64,000 bases of DNA. It comes from Glaucostegus cemiculus (Eukaryota). The stretch covers positions 1 to 64,000 of the forward strand of contig CDPCPM010000062.1 in assembly GCA_976551045.1 (NCBI GenBank), read 5' to 3'. Under the pieces are notes generated by a model. That model was not told the DNA's origin and did not search any database. It was given only the letters and a program-made list of their open reading frames with translations. Shown in pieces: positions 36,251 through 49,689 of the stretch. How positions within the stretch are numbered: the first letter of the stretch is position 1; each line of letters starts with the position of its first letter. The position numbers and the translations under genes are program-made.

Positions 36251-39200
36251 TGATTTTCAACCAAATCAAATAATTTATAATATTATGGTTAAATCTGATA
36301 CTCTCTTGCTCTTCCCTGCCTGCATTTGTCAATGCCTATTTTTGTTTTAACCATGAGTGGTGATGATCTCCAGCTTAGCTTGGCTTGGAGCTCTTTCCAA
36401 GGGCAAAGTCTGCCATATTGCAATACTGTGAGCTTCTAGAGCTCCGTCTGCACCGTTAGGTCGGTTTTTAGATGGTTCATCTGTGACAACCTGCAAAGAA
36501 TCCATATTTGCTGAATTATTTCACATTCTGGATAGTGGAGACAGCATCAACCCATCTGGTTCCTGAAATTCTGGTGAGTGAAATTACAGTTTCTTTAAAA
36601 AATACTTTTCAGTTGTCCATGCTTGATTATTTTGGCATGACCATTAATTAATTCTTGGTTCAGTTTCTTTCATATTGCTAAATGTTATGAAGTTCACAGA
36701 ATGGTCAGAATTACTTTTAAGAAATGCCTCTTTTTTATCTTTGTAGATGGTGACTCCTCATACCACTTAAAGCCACTTATGCACCCTAATCTGCTTGTCC
36801 TTGGAAGAGCAGATCTGGAGCACGATTGCATCCTACAGACTGGTGGTGGGGAATTTAATCTTCACACTGTCGGGACATGTGAGAGGACTTTCCACCTCAC
36901 CTCTTCTGGAGCTGGAGGGTCAAGTTTCCCAGTCAGAGTCGTCCGTTCCTGGTCCTTCACGATTCTCAGCACACAGCCACACCACTGGAAACAAGAAGCC
37001 AACTTGAATCTTTAAAGCACTGAAAAAAAAATGCCGCCTTCATTGTGCAATCTGGTTTCATGTGGATGGATGTCCACATTTCAACATCGTACACAATTTG
37101 CTTGATACAGCTGATTGATCTGATGGCTCTGTGGTGAATCCCCAGAATCTAGTAAACCTGTGCTTGCTCCTTTGGTTTGTAGGCATCAGGGCGTGCCTTA
37201 GTATTGGCTAAACATGAATTCCCACTGTGGTCAATGTGGCAATTTATTTAGGATAGTAATCTTGTAGGGAGGTGCATAGGATCTGCTCAAAGATCAGAAC
37301 CCAGTTTGTTGCTAATTGTCTAAACAGATAATGCTAACAATATAAGATGTATTTTCACTGATTGGAAAAGTCATCAAAATGTGCCACCAAATCGAATCAG
37401 GTGGAAGTTTCCATGCATGGACTTGCACCGAGTATTTCATTCATGTCTGTAGATACATCCTTTAATTAACTCCCTTTTTTATTCCCTTTTAGTGGTTAGC
37501 CACAAGTCCATTTGAATAATTGTTGGTAAGAAAGTTTGATATTTTGTTTCAAAAGAAGCTTAGTTTACTGTCTTCAAGAAAATTCTGCATATGTAGAAAT
37601 GAAATTTGAAATAAAAAGAAAATATGCAAAACATACATCTCTGGAATGGAGTTCTGTGGACTCTCTCAACTCCTCTGAAGCCCAGTCAGTAACAGCCATA
37701 GAAAGATAGTGTAACCGTCGTTTTATTTGCATATACTTGAAATAGACTTCTTTATCTGGAGCCTTGTGTGGATATTTCACTGTTTTTTATCACTGCCCAG
37801 CCACTTTGTCTCTTCACTGCAATGATCAGCTGCAGTTTTATTGAAACCACTGTAAACATGGAGCATGTTACCTTTCCAGCTCCTATAGAAGCCGTAAAAT
37901 CATGCAGAATAGAAACAGGCCATTTGGCCCAACTTGTCCACACCAACCAGTGGGCATGTTTCTGTATTAAGTTCCATCTCCCAGGCACATGGTCCATACC
38001 CTACGAATTCTTATTAAAATGCTTTGTTGCAGTTGCTGGTAAAAAATTTTTTGCTGCATAGACTACTTTTCTATCATGGAGCTCCTGATATTTGTTACTA
38101 TTAACAAAGTATTTTCCATGTGTGATTTTTATTACAGATCCATAATTCTGCTCTGCTGCAACATTTTTACCATGTGTATTATCAAAATGATTTATTGCTT
38201 TGTATTACTTTAATCTGCATGATTCATGATAACATGAGTGAGAGGGGAGTTCTCATTCCCTTTCTGAACTGAATTGCATTGGGCATATTAAAATAATAGT
38301 GCAGAATCAATAAATCATTAAGCAATTGAAAATGCTATTATCTTCCTGAGCAACACAAGATTGAAATTCCCAAGTCTGAGCACATCTGTGTACATCTAAA
38401 GGTTGATTTGGCTTCTGTACATTGAAACGGAGTTTAATTTCTTCAGTAAAATGGTACCTTTGTAAACTATTACAAAGCATATTGAAAACAGCCTTATAAT
38501 CACAGCTTTTGCCCTGAGCATTGAATTAAATGGAAGCAGGGGAAAAATACTATTGTAGTTTCTTCATGAGCAATCATAATATGCTCACTTCACTTTGCAA
38601 ATTCTCTCATATCTTAAACAATAATTAGATACATTGATTTCAAGCAATTTATAAAATAAAACTGTAGATTTAACTTGAACTATGGGGCGGTGAAATAAGA
38701 GGTATAAAGTACTAGATATGCCAGACTTATTAATTGGGCTTAACTATTATAATTGGTTACATTGATGATCTTTTCCAGGACCAATAATTGTTAACTATTG
38801 TGATAACCTATTAAGTGAATATGGGGGACGTGACATTTCTAAAATAATCTTGCTCCCCATGTTTGATTGTTCTGTGATCCCTTGTTTTCATCAAGTGATG
38901 TATAAAAAATCTCATGATTTTTGTCTTACAGTGTACTAATGATTTGCTTTCAGTTTACCTTTAATATCGTCTAGTCTTTGCTAAATACAGTTCCTTCCTG
39001 GCTACCTTATAATTCTCAAGAGCCCTGTTGTTCAAGGCACCCTCTAAAGCAGTTTTGTTTGGGAGTTGCCAAGTGTGCTTTATAAATGCTTTCTATTAAG
39101 GGATCCCCGAGCAATGCAAATTTCATCAGAGGTTGTCATGCACAAGTCCATTTTATAATGGGATAATGTTGTATTGTGAAGATGGTGTGGTTTTTTGACT

Positions 39201-39386
39201 CTGTGTATCAATTACAAAGATGGCTGCTAAAAGGAACAGGAAATAATTGTGATCTGTTTCACAAAAGAAGCTAGCAGTGCCCCTATTAAGGTTTCTGAGA
39301 ACTTGTGTTGTAATAAATTATCTATGAGTAGATTTCAATGCTCCTCAGTTTTGCCTCATTTCACAAATTAAAGCACTTCCTGGTGC

Positions 39387-39450
39387 TTTGCATGATGTTT
39401 GATGTTTGCATGATGTTTGCATGATGCATCACATGATATTTGCATGATGT
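39387..39450. repeat. Imperfect tandem repeat of TTTGCATGATG
   Basis: Four full units plus partial units seen directly. Confidence 0.8.
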
Positions 39451-40854
39451 GAGTACACCTGTTTCCCGCTTCATGTTGACCGTTAATTGACCAAGGTATA
39501 TTGTGATTCTATCTACCACCAGCCCCCCTTCCTACCAAACTCCTCAGTCTTCACCCTCTGATCTGATACTGAACACCTTCTGCAATTTGAATGTTCGTCA
39601 CTGTGTACCACTGCAAAGTGAGTGGCGGTTACATGGACAGAAAATAGTTGTTAAAAAGATGCTAAGGGCTTTTCAAAAGCGGCAGAAAAGTGACTTCATG
39701 GTCTTTGTAGTGGTTTTTGAAATCCTAGTGCAATGACTCTTGAACAATGCCAGTATTGTTTGTGGCAGAGAGGCACTAGTGCTTTGGCAGATTCTGCTGT
39801 CTGTTAAATTCTTGTTGCTAGTACTTGCACTGAAAAGACGACATTCCATTGCCAGCGGTGTGCTTACTAGGTTTTTGGCAAGTGCTGAAATGGGTAGGAC
39901 AGTTGCCTAGGGCTTTTTATTGGCAAGAACAGCAAGCTGTAGAATGTGAAAGGCATTGGTGGCATTTTAATGGCACTTAAGACAAACCAGTTTATGTGGA
40001 TAATTAAAACTGTAATGGTGCCACACTGTCTGCCTCTACTGAGGACAAGGAATGGGAACAAAACAGAAGCTAGAGGAAGTTTTTTAAAAAAAAAGCAACA
40101 GTGCTGAGTCCCCAGCATTGTCACAGCCGAAAAATTGTGATGCAGTTGAAGCGCCATCAATGCTAATTGAGGAGTTTCTTGGTTTCCCTCCAGTATTACA
40201 GACAGACGTCATAATATTCATGGCAGACTATTAACCCTTTTAAGTATCTCTTGCCTTTTGAAGCATTGTAATGCTGCATCTCACAGAATAGAATTGGACT
40301 ACAGTACTGCCAGACAAAGTGCTTTCAGAATCACAGAGTCACTGCTTATAGCACAGAAGGCTGCCATTCAACCCTGGTGTCTGTGCTGCTTCTTTTGTTA
40401 AGGCAACCAAGAAATACCACTGCCCTGTTTATTCCCTGGAGCCCTGTCTCCTTTGCGCCAAATATTTCTCTACACTTCTGTTAAGAGACAGAATGTTGTC
40501 AGCCTTGAATGATGCCTGTGGCAAACATTCCATACTTCAGCAATTCTCTGCACACAAAAAAAATGATCCTCATCTCAGTCTCTCAAGTTTTAAATTGATG
40601 ACCTCTCAAATACCCTTCTGGCACTCTCTGGGAAATAGTCCAGCACCTCACATCTTTACTTTGTCATTTTTAGTATAAACGTGGCAAACTTGCAACATTT
40701 ATTCTCTGTGGATGTGATGCCCTTTTTTAAAAGAAATTCTCCAAATGCGCCAACACCAGTTGAGTGGCCAGTTAAGTTCTAAAGCAATTTATGATCACTT
40801 TGCTTCCTTACTCACTGCTTCATTGTGTAAGACCCTAAATACTGGTAACATTTC

Positions 40855-41012
40855 ATTGTAATATTTACCTTTGTTTTTACCTGTACTACATCAATGCACT
40901 CTGTGCTACCTCAATGTAACTGCACTATGTAATGAATTGACCTGTACAATCGGTATGCAAGACAAGTTTTTCACTGTACCTCGGTACAAGTGACAATAAT
41001 AAACCAATACCA
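40855..41012 (+). mobile_element. Rex1/Babar-like family A 3' tail
   Basis: AATGAATTGACCTGTAC...GTGACAATAATAAACCAATACC. Confidence 0.8.
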
Positions 41013-42634
41013 AATGCACTTAAGGTATCTGTAACCACAGTTTTTACTCTCCCTCTGTGTCCTTGAGCACATTCCACTGAATATGTCCTCCATTGTTACC
41101 TATCAGAAGTGGGTTGTCTAACACTTCCTAATTTTTTCTCTACCAACAAACTGCTTTCTCTGCCCTCTCGATAGTTTTATTTTATAGACTTTTCAGAGCA
41201 TTAAGTATAGCTTTAATGTAATTTGCTAGTTGTTGTTTTTTCCTGATCCATTCCAAGGAAAGGGTGTTGGACATTGGAATGTCTCAGTATCAGATAGAAT
41301 GCTATAAGGCTATCTTTCACCAGAGGTTTAGTATTTCAAATGATGTTTCTGGGACTTTTAAATTTAGATGACTGTAAAATGACCAAGCACAAAAATTTAA
41401 TTGAATTATGTACTTAGATTATCTCCAAATTAATTTTCCACACTGGATGTTCATTGTAAAAGCAACATGAAAAGCGAGACCAACCGAGTATAAGATGAGG
41501 TAGTGTGAAGTAGTCTTGCCATCATGGATACTGCTCAAATGTTAATCATGATTCTTTACGGAACAATTCTCACTCAGAAATGGATAGCTGGGCTATCAAG
41601 AAACATATTTAGTGAGTGGGGGAAATTGAAGAGGTTAGCAAAAAGAGGTAAGGGGAAGAGAATAAAATCTTACTCAAAACTGAAGATATACCTGAAAGGC
41701 CTGTTAACCAGTTTAGCTTGAATGGGCTTCCACACAAATGAACAGGGAGATCTGGTTTAAGTACCAAACAAAGGCTGACCCTTTCATGCATTGTTGGTAT
41801 CTTCTTTTGATTCTATTATGCAAAAAGAATGGTAGATACAGTGGTGAGGAAGCTGGTACACAATAACCTTTGTGCACTTTGTACCATAGCTGAAGTCATT
41901 TGTGTAAATATTTTTGTCCATCTTAGAAAAGTTACAATACCCATCAGAGTACATGCAAAACAGCTGTTGAGCCATTTGTTTTACTTCATGCCCATTCATG
42001 TGAGCGTACTTACCATAGAACCAAACAGCACAAAACAGGCCCTTCGGCCCACCAAGTTGTGCCGTCCTACAAACGTCTACTCCCTCAGCTGGCATGGAGC
42101 TCACTATTCAAATCTCTCTGGTGCAGTGTTTCTTCTGTGTGTGCTAGAGTGTAGCTCACCTGTGTATCAGTGTCCTCACACTCACTCACACACACTTCCC
42201 TCCAACCCTGTTTTAAAGAGATGAGATTCAGGTTTCAACACACCAGGCTATCAGTCAAAGTCACTGTGATCTCATGTGTGACTGCAAGGCTTCCAAACAT
42301 TTACCTTAGCTAAGCCCCAGCTGTTTGCAGAGAAAGAAATAATTCCTGTCTTTTAGGATTGTACACAGTATGACACAGTGGCCTGAACTGCTTGATATAT
42401 TTTATAAATTTTAATTTACTAATGAACACGCCAAATCATTATGCTCATCAGTCTGGTTCAGACTGCCAGCTTGCACTGGAGAGAAAATGCTGCTCTACCG
42501 AACCTTCCAAAAGTGCAACAAATTTAGCTGAGACAAAATTCCCGTTTTAATTCAGTCAGATTTGTATTTGGTTCAGAGTGAAGTCAATGCAGTCCCCGTT
42601 GCCGTGAGACAATGAGAATCTGCCTCTCATTTGA

Positions 42635-43318
42635 AAGAGAAAAGCTTGCTTACATGCTGTGGTTTTCGTGACCTCAGGGATCTTTCAAATCACTTTGGAG
42701 CTAATGACAAATCTTTGAAGTGTAATTACTATTGAAATGAAGAATCATGGTAGCCAATTTGCCCAGAGCATCTCCACAGATACCAATGAGTTGAACTGTA
42801 AGATATTTTGTTTTGGATGTTCATTGATGAATAAATACTGCCCCTTACACTGGAATACCTTCACAATTTTAAGTCTGCTGAGAAGGTAAACATTGCCTCA
42901 GTTTAGCCTCTCGTCAGAAAGATCATACAACCACTTGACACAGGCCTTGCTACATGACTCTGGATCAGTGGTTCTCATAGTTACGTGGCTCTGAGACCAC
43001 ATTCACAGTCATCATTAATCAAGCGAGCCATGCCCTGTGTACCACCCCACTGAACATGTGTGTACAGCCATCTACCAGAGAAATACATGTGATTATTCAA
43101 AGAATATTAATTGATTTTTAACCGGTGGCCTAATCTTAATCATGTATAATGAGAAATGCAATAACCTTTCTTACAGAAATTGGAGGTCTTGATGAGCCAC
43201 AAGCCACCCTTCGCCTGTGGCCTGAGTATCACTGCTCTCGATTTGTGTGTTGAAGTCTTTGGAGTCAGCTTTGACCCAGAAGCATCTGATTCAGAGCTCA
43301 GTTTGCTAACACTGAGCT
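42635..43318 (-). mobile_element. Old Deu-domain-like SINE interrupted by a MITE
   Basis: Minus strand starts GCTCAGTGTTAGCA...CTGAATCAGATG...GGGTCAAA and is collinear with 9057-9490. Confidence 0.6.
42966..43234. mobile_element. hAT (Charlie/MER5-like) MITE, 269 bp
   Basis: TIRs CAGTGGTTCTCA / TGAGTATCACTG; 8-bp TSD CTCTGGAT (42958-42965) / CTCTCGAT (43235-43242). Confidence 0.75.
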
Positions 43319-44969
43319 TTGAGGAGAGAACAAAGATTGAAGAACTTTCTTTAAACTGCTGAACTAATTGCTGCAGCCGTCATTCTCTGTTGTCTGCATT
43401 GTTTCAGTGCAGTATCTCTATTATACTTAGCACACAAATTTGACGTATGCAGTTCTGTTTTTAAATAATGCATCTGGTAAATTGCTTTTGTGCTCATGGT
43501 TCTGTGTATCACTTTCCACTTTCTTTACCAAGATAACATTTCAACTAATTAAGAATTAAAAATAAGCTGCTCAATCTTGTCAATGGTGAAAGTATAAGTA
43601 ATATGGTAGACCACATTCTGCACTATTAATTTAAGCAGTAATTGAAAGTTCCATATTTCTGAATCTGATAACAACCTCTTACTGCTCATGAATGATTGAT
43701 CAAATATTTAAAAGGTAATAGCAATGTTTGCCAAGCTCCTGCTTCAGTAGTAAGATTTGGTTCTGTGTCAAAGGCCTCGTGGTGTGAGCTCACAATTTCA
43801 ATAGAGGGAGATGGATCTACACCAGGGACCCCACTGCCCCCATAAAATGAGTTCATAATCTCAGCTGTACTCAGATATTACATGTCCTCCGTTCTAGATT
43901 ACATCTGATAATGGAAAAAGCAGTTTATCTGCGGATCTGTGGGGTTTCTTTTGTTCACCAAGGGCATAGCTTGAGACCAAGAGGAACAACCACTTGCATC
44001 TGTCTAGTACCTTTGAAGTAACTATATGTCCCAAGACATCTTCCAGGAGAGTTATAAGATGCCAAATCAAGGAAGATTATTGGAACAGATGCCTAAAAGC
44101 TCAGTTGAAGAACTAGTTTAAAGTTAAATGTGGATTATTATGAGTCCTTAAGAACCGGTCTCAACACAGCCATTCATTAATTCACTTAGACATGGAGATT
44201 CAAGTGAACACAACATTTATTTGTGGCCTTTTGTCCTCATCTGAACGACAAGCTTGGTGCAAGTCACGTTACGAGATATAATGATGTGACTCCGTCTCAC
44301 CTATCTTGCCACAACACTTTACCTAACAGTTAACAAACATACTGTACGCCTTTGAAAAGGAAGTGAACAACACTGTACAAACAGATAAACACATTTCCAA
44401 TGGAGGCTTATAAACACTGAGAAGTGAACACAGCCAATTTGTAAATATATGCTTAGATATATCCAAGCACAAAACTGTAAATTTGTTTACAGTTCACAAA
44501 CTTATATACATAATTATACTCCTAGATACATTGCAATTTCTTTATTCTTTGGAAATCTTATAGCGTCCCTTTGCCCTGTATCTTTACGTTTTCTAGAACT
44601 TCCAGTAGACTGCATCCCTGATCTATACCAGTTATATACTGTTTGATGCCCTTGCAGACATTTGTTTCTTCAGCTGCTTCCGGAGAAACCTGCCCATCCA
44701 GGGCAATAATTGCATTTTCCCCACATCATGGACCACTTCTGTGCTCTCTATACTCCAGTGTAGACTCATTCAGGTCTGTCTGTTCTGGTGCTGCTCCTCA
44801 CCATTCAAAATCTCGCAGACCTACCTTTCCTGCACAGCTCTTCTGCACTGCTCTCCCTTGCTTTGGCTTGTAGTCCTCATGTCTGGTTCCCTTCTGGAGA
44901 GCATTCCTTCGGCCCCTGCCTTTGTCATGCTTACGGATGCACCTTGCAGTGTTAAACCAACCTCTGTCT

Positions 44970-45567
44970 CATTGGAGCGTAGGAGAATGAGGGGAGATCT
45001 TATAAGAGTTGTATAGAATCATGAGGGGCATGGATAGGGTGAATGCACACTGAGAGAGGGGAGAGATTTAAAGTTTTTTTTTAGAGTTTATTTACAGCGT
45101 GGTAAATTTTTCGGCCCAACGAGTCCGTGACGCCCATTTCAAACCCCCAAATTAACCTACCCGTACGTCTTTTAGAATGTAGGAGGAAACCAGAGCACCC
45201 GGAGGAAACCCACGTAGACACGGGGAGAACGTACAAACTCCTTACAGTCAGCGACGGGAATCGAACCCCGATCGCTGGCGCTGTAACAGCGTCGCGCTAA
45301 CCGCTACGCTATCATGCCGTTTAACAGGAGCCTGAGGGGCAGTTTTTCACCCAGAGGGTGGTCTGTACATGGAACGAGCTGCCAGAGGAAGTGGTTGAGG
45401 CAGGTAGATTAACAACTTTTAAAAGACACTTGGGCAGGTGCTTGGATTAGAAAGGTTTAGAGGGATATGAGCCAAATGCAGGCAAGTGGGGCTAGTTTAG
45501 ATGGGCATCTTGGTCTGCATGGACCAGTTGGGTTGAAGAGCCTGTTATCATGCTGTATGGCTCTACT
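44970..45567 (+). mobile_element. CR1 3' fragment carrying a nested SINE
   Basis: SLERRRMRGDLI; sequence resumes after the SINE; TTTAA is duplicated at 45067 and 45320. Confidence 0.85.
45072..45319 (-). mobile_element. Young V-domain tRNA SINE
   Basis: Near-identical to 10333-10592; A and B boxes intact. Confidence 0.9.
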
Positions 45568-47069
45568 ACCTGCCTTATGTCCCAGTGCTGATCCCAGAAC
45601 CTCATGGATCCCTTTCTCCACCTGCAACTGGACAACCCCAGGAGCTGCTGGATCAGTGACTCACTGTCCTCCGGGACAGATGGTGTACCCAGACCTTGCT
45701 GTTTCAGTGTCCCTCTTCATAGAAAACCTTCAGCTTTGTGGGCCGAAGGGCTGTAGGTGTTCTATGTTTCCAGCTGTGCATGTGGTCCCAGGCAGCCATT
45801 TTGTGAACTTTGCTTTCCACACCTTTACAGGACTTCGGTTGCATTTGTTGCAACTTAGAGCAAGTAGCCAAGGCTCATACAAACATGGCACGTACCAGGA
45901 TGACCTTTCTGAAGAGTACTGCTTGACAGTACACAAGTGCTCCATTTGTTTGATTGGTCATCCTTGCCACTTCCATTTCAAATCTAATATGAGTTTCTTG
46001 ATACAAACATATAAATTAGGAGCAGGACTAAGCCATTTGGCTCCTCAACCTTGCTCTGCCATTTAATAACATCGGGGTTGATCTCAATTTGCCCTCAATC
46101 CATATTCCCATCTATCCATGGTAATTTTTCACCCCCCCTTCCATTTCTCCACTTTTAACATAAAAGTAATCAGTGACTCTGCCTCCACCCCCTTTAAGAG
46201 AGAATTCCAAAACTCTGAGTTTCCTCCCTTTTTATTTGTAGTCACACTAACTGTTGTGTCTCCACTCTTTAGTCTCTTCAAACGAACTGTTGTGTACCTG
46301 TTCTTGGGTCTTGTCATGTTTACACCCTGGAGACGCTTTGGTTCCCTTGGTCGTGCTGACTGTGCTTCCCACTGTTTCACTCTCATTCATTTCATGTGCG
46401 TTATCACAAGGTACACATATCCCAGCTTTCTGTCCAGATCAATTTGGGAATAGAGCATTTCCAGAATTTTATCATTCTTTTGTCCTTTTTCAGACCTCTG
46501 CACCTTTTCTCAAGAGTCAGGTTCGTCACAAGAATTGGGAACTTTCAAATGTCCACGTTCACCTTTACTTAGGACCCAGATGCTAAAACTGGATGGCTGC
46601 TCATATCCTGTATGGTTGACTATTCTGAACAATTAAGCTTGCCATTTGTTCAGTAGAATGTCCACCACTTGTGTGTGTGCCTGTCTCTGCAGAGCTTGTC
46701 ACAGTGTCTGTGCTGTGGTACTTTTTACTACCTTCATACCCTCTATGCTGCTGACTTCACTCAACTGGCCTGGGTGTGTGTCCCTCACCTCCCTCTCATT
46801 GCGTTCAATCAAAGGCAAAGTAAGTGATTCTCGAGGGAAACACTTTGCCTTTCACCAAGTTCCCTTGGCACCAAGCAGAGCTGAAGTAGAATATATTTAT
46901 CCCAAAGCCCCTAATCCAGTGCCTGCTCAGTGTTGGTTAGGGTTTCTGGACAGAGTCTGATACAGTTATCAGCATAGGACTTCCAAGTTACCTTGAGCCC
47001 CAGAGCAACCATTCCTCCTTGTGTTCACAATACTTCTCCAGAGTGTGTGCATAATAGGATGTGCTCTCA

Positions 47070-47395
47070 TCTCCCCCGTTTCATTGGGCAGAAAATACAA
47101 AAGCCTGAAGCACGTACCACCAGGCTCAAGGACGACTTCTATCCCACTGTTATAAGACTATTGAATGGTTCCCTAGAATGATAAGATGGACTCGTGACCT
47201 CACAATCTACCTTGCTATGACCTTGCACCTTATTGTCTGCCTGCACTGCACTTTCTCTGTAACTGACACTATTCTGCATTCTGTTATTGCTTGACCTTGT
47301 ACTACCTCAATGCACAGTGTAATGAATTGACCTGTATGTATGGTATACAAGACAAGTTTTTCACTGTACTTCAGTACATGTGACAATAAAGCAAT
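47070..47395 (+). mobile_element. Rex1/Babar-like family A 3' fragment
   Basis: ARTTRLKDDFYPTVIRLLNG; AATAAA tail. Confidence 0.85.
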
Positions 47396-48101
47396 TTACC
47401 AAATTTAATTCACCCATTTACTTTCCATTAGCAGGATTTGTGCAAAGTTTTGCCTGTGAGTGTCCCATCCCCATTACTTGCAACCTGCCCCAGTAATCGC
47501 ACATACCATGTCCTGATCCTTCACTTTAACAGTGGTCGTGCAGTCCTTTGTCATGCCGTCATTAGTGGTATGGATACTGCCCAACAGGAACTCCTCAGCA
47601 CTGTTATTAAGTTCATCTAGATTCTCTGGGTCTCCTAAGTATCACATATATTCCTCTTGTTCTCTCCACCTCCACAACTTAAATCACACTTTTCATCTCC
47701 TTTTCAATTCTGATGAAATGCCATCGACCTGTTAACTCTGTTTCTCACTGCTTAACCTGCAGCGTCTCTTCAGCATTTTCTGCTTTTATTTCTTTATTTG
47801 AGGCATTGGATTTTCAACTGAACTGCAAGCCTGGTACAAACCCATAAAATATAACCATATAACATTTTACCTACAGACAGCAGAAACCTACCAGCCTTAA
47901 AGTAGGAACTTTTGTTTCGGCTGACAGGCATAGACCACAATAGAGACAAAGAGGGGTTTAAGAAGTCCTAATCAGCTATCAGTGGTGAGTTGAAAAATGT
48001 GGAGTGCACAAACGGCACAGAACCTTGTAGAGGTTATACAGATAGGCCTTCGAAGGATTTGAAGACAGATGAAAATTTTAACACTGAGGCATTTACCTTC
48101 A

Positions 48102-48316
48102 CGAACTGTGCAGTTTGACAACAATAAATAACATTATATCATTTGCAGTAATGTGTGAATAGATTGCAGTGATCACACTGACTTCACTGCAGTTATTTAT
48201 TGAGAACTCAATACAAGGCATCAGACACATTAGCATGCAGTATTAATCCAATCAAAAATCAATCGTCTTGCAGCAGCATTAGAGTAGATGGAACATTTCA
48301 GAAAACAGTAGTGGTG
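48102..48316. repeat. Left arm of a diverged inverted repeat
   Basis: Reverse complement of 49690-49918; core CTCAATACAAGGCATCAGACACATTAG...TTAATCCAATCAAAAATCAAT. Confidence 0.85.
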
Positions 48317-48499
48317 GGTAAGAGGGATGGGTGAACAAAACTTGGTGTTCACCAAGACGTGGGCAGCATCTCCCTGATGTTCTGCCCTGCGCCACTATTC
48401 TTTCTATAATTCAGTTGTTGAGCTTTATTCTTTTGCCACATTAAATGGTAACATGATATATTTCTAGACAGTGGGAGTACCTTTAAGTTTGGTATAATG

Positions 48500-48587
48500 C
48501 ATTAAAATGGTCTGCTCTTTCAAAGCTCTACGTAGGCATGCAACATTAAAATGGTCTGCTCTTCCAAAGCTCTACGTAGGCATGCAA
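48500..48587. repeat. 44-bp tandem duplication (43/44 identical)
   Basis: CATTAAAATGGTCTGCTCTTYCAAAGCTCTACGTAGGCATGCAA x2. Confidence 0.95.
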
Positions 48588-49689
48588 CTTGCGGACCAGA
48601 AACAAAAGCTGGTTTTCAGTCGTTTGTTTTTCTGCTGGAACTCGTTCCTGATATTCATAAATCACTGTCAGGTCATCCTGATTATGAATTTCTCACAGAA
48701 GGGGAACAGATGCAATTCCATGCCAAGAATTTTCCCTGGACAAGTTCAAAAAGAAACGCCCAGCGTTAGTAAATTAGTCATCAAGTATTTTCTTGTCTCC
48801 TACCACTCTGTTTACAAGGTTTCTGCCTCCCTCCATGCGCAGTGTCGATATGGATTCTGTCATCCAACCTTCATCTAATTTAAAGCTCTTCAACTGTGTA
48901 GCAAGTAATTTTTCAAATAAACAACATGATGCCTCCAGTTTTATTATAACATTAAATAAAATGCTCTTACTAATCCATTTATACAGAGGTCCCCAGAAAA
49001 TCATCCTCAGTCTGCAGTGCTAAACACACAATATAATTGTGTCAGCATTTTGAATTCTGCCTCTGAAATATATTGCATGGAATCAATGTAATGAAATTTG
49101 GAGCCAATGTACAACATGTTGATAGAAATAGTACATTTAGTGGTATTGCCCTGAAATTTGTTGTTTTGGCAATGGTGTTTTCAAGTTTTGGAAAAGAAGT
49201 CTCCTACAAGAGACAGAGCTCGCTGTATGAACTTTATTAAAGACAGAGATCATTGCAAGTCCCAGAAATACTCAGCAGGCCAGGTAGAATCTGTAGGAAG
49301 GACTTGAAATACTGATTCTGTTTTACTGTATATTTTTGTCTAGAAATTCAATCACCCTAACTTATTTTGGAATGAAATGCAGTAATGGCTATTTCTGATC
49401 ATTTCATGTCATTGTGCAAATTTAACTGATCATCTCCCTGGCATTTGTGATGTGGTGTTTGTATCAGTGGTGCATGGGACAATGCCATCCCTCATGCATT
49501 GCTCTGTTTGGAACCGCATGGCAGGTGCGCTAGACTTTTGAGGTATTTCTGTTTGTGTTCCAGATTTCCAGCATCTGTGGCATTTTGTTTTCCTCTGTGG
49601 GCTTGAGTTATGTGTTTTATTGTAGGCCACTAGATCTCCTTGTTTATCTTTCACATAGATTCAGTTCCAAATCACTGAAATCCAATGTT

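Noticed and set aside
45467-46066. 199-aa plus-strand ORF as a host protein
   Set aside because: Starts in a CR1 3' end, ends in another CR1 tail and has no recognisable domain.
48600-48870. Integrase/transposase (IHIDTAHGGR, Ginger/KRBA2-like) inside the inverted repeat
   Set aside because: Only one short motif resembles it; no downstream catalytic motifs were found in any frame.
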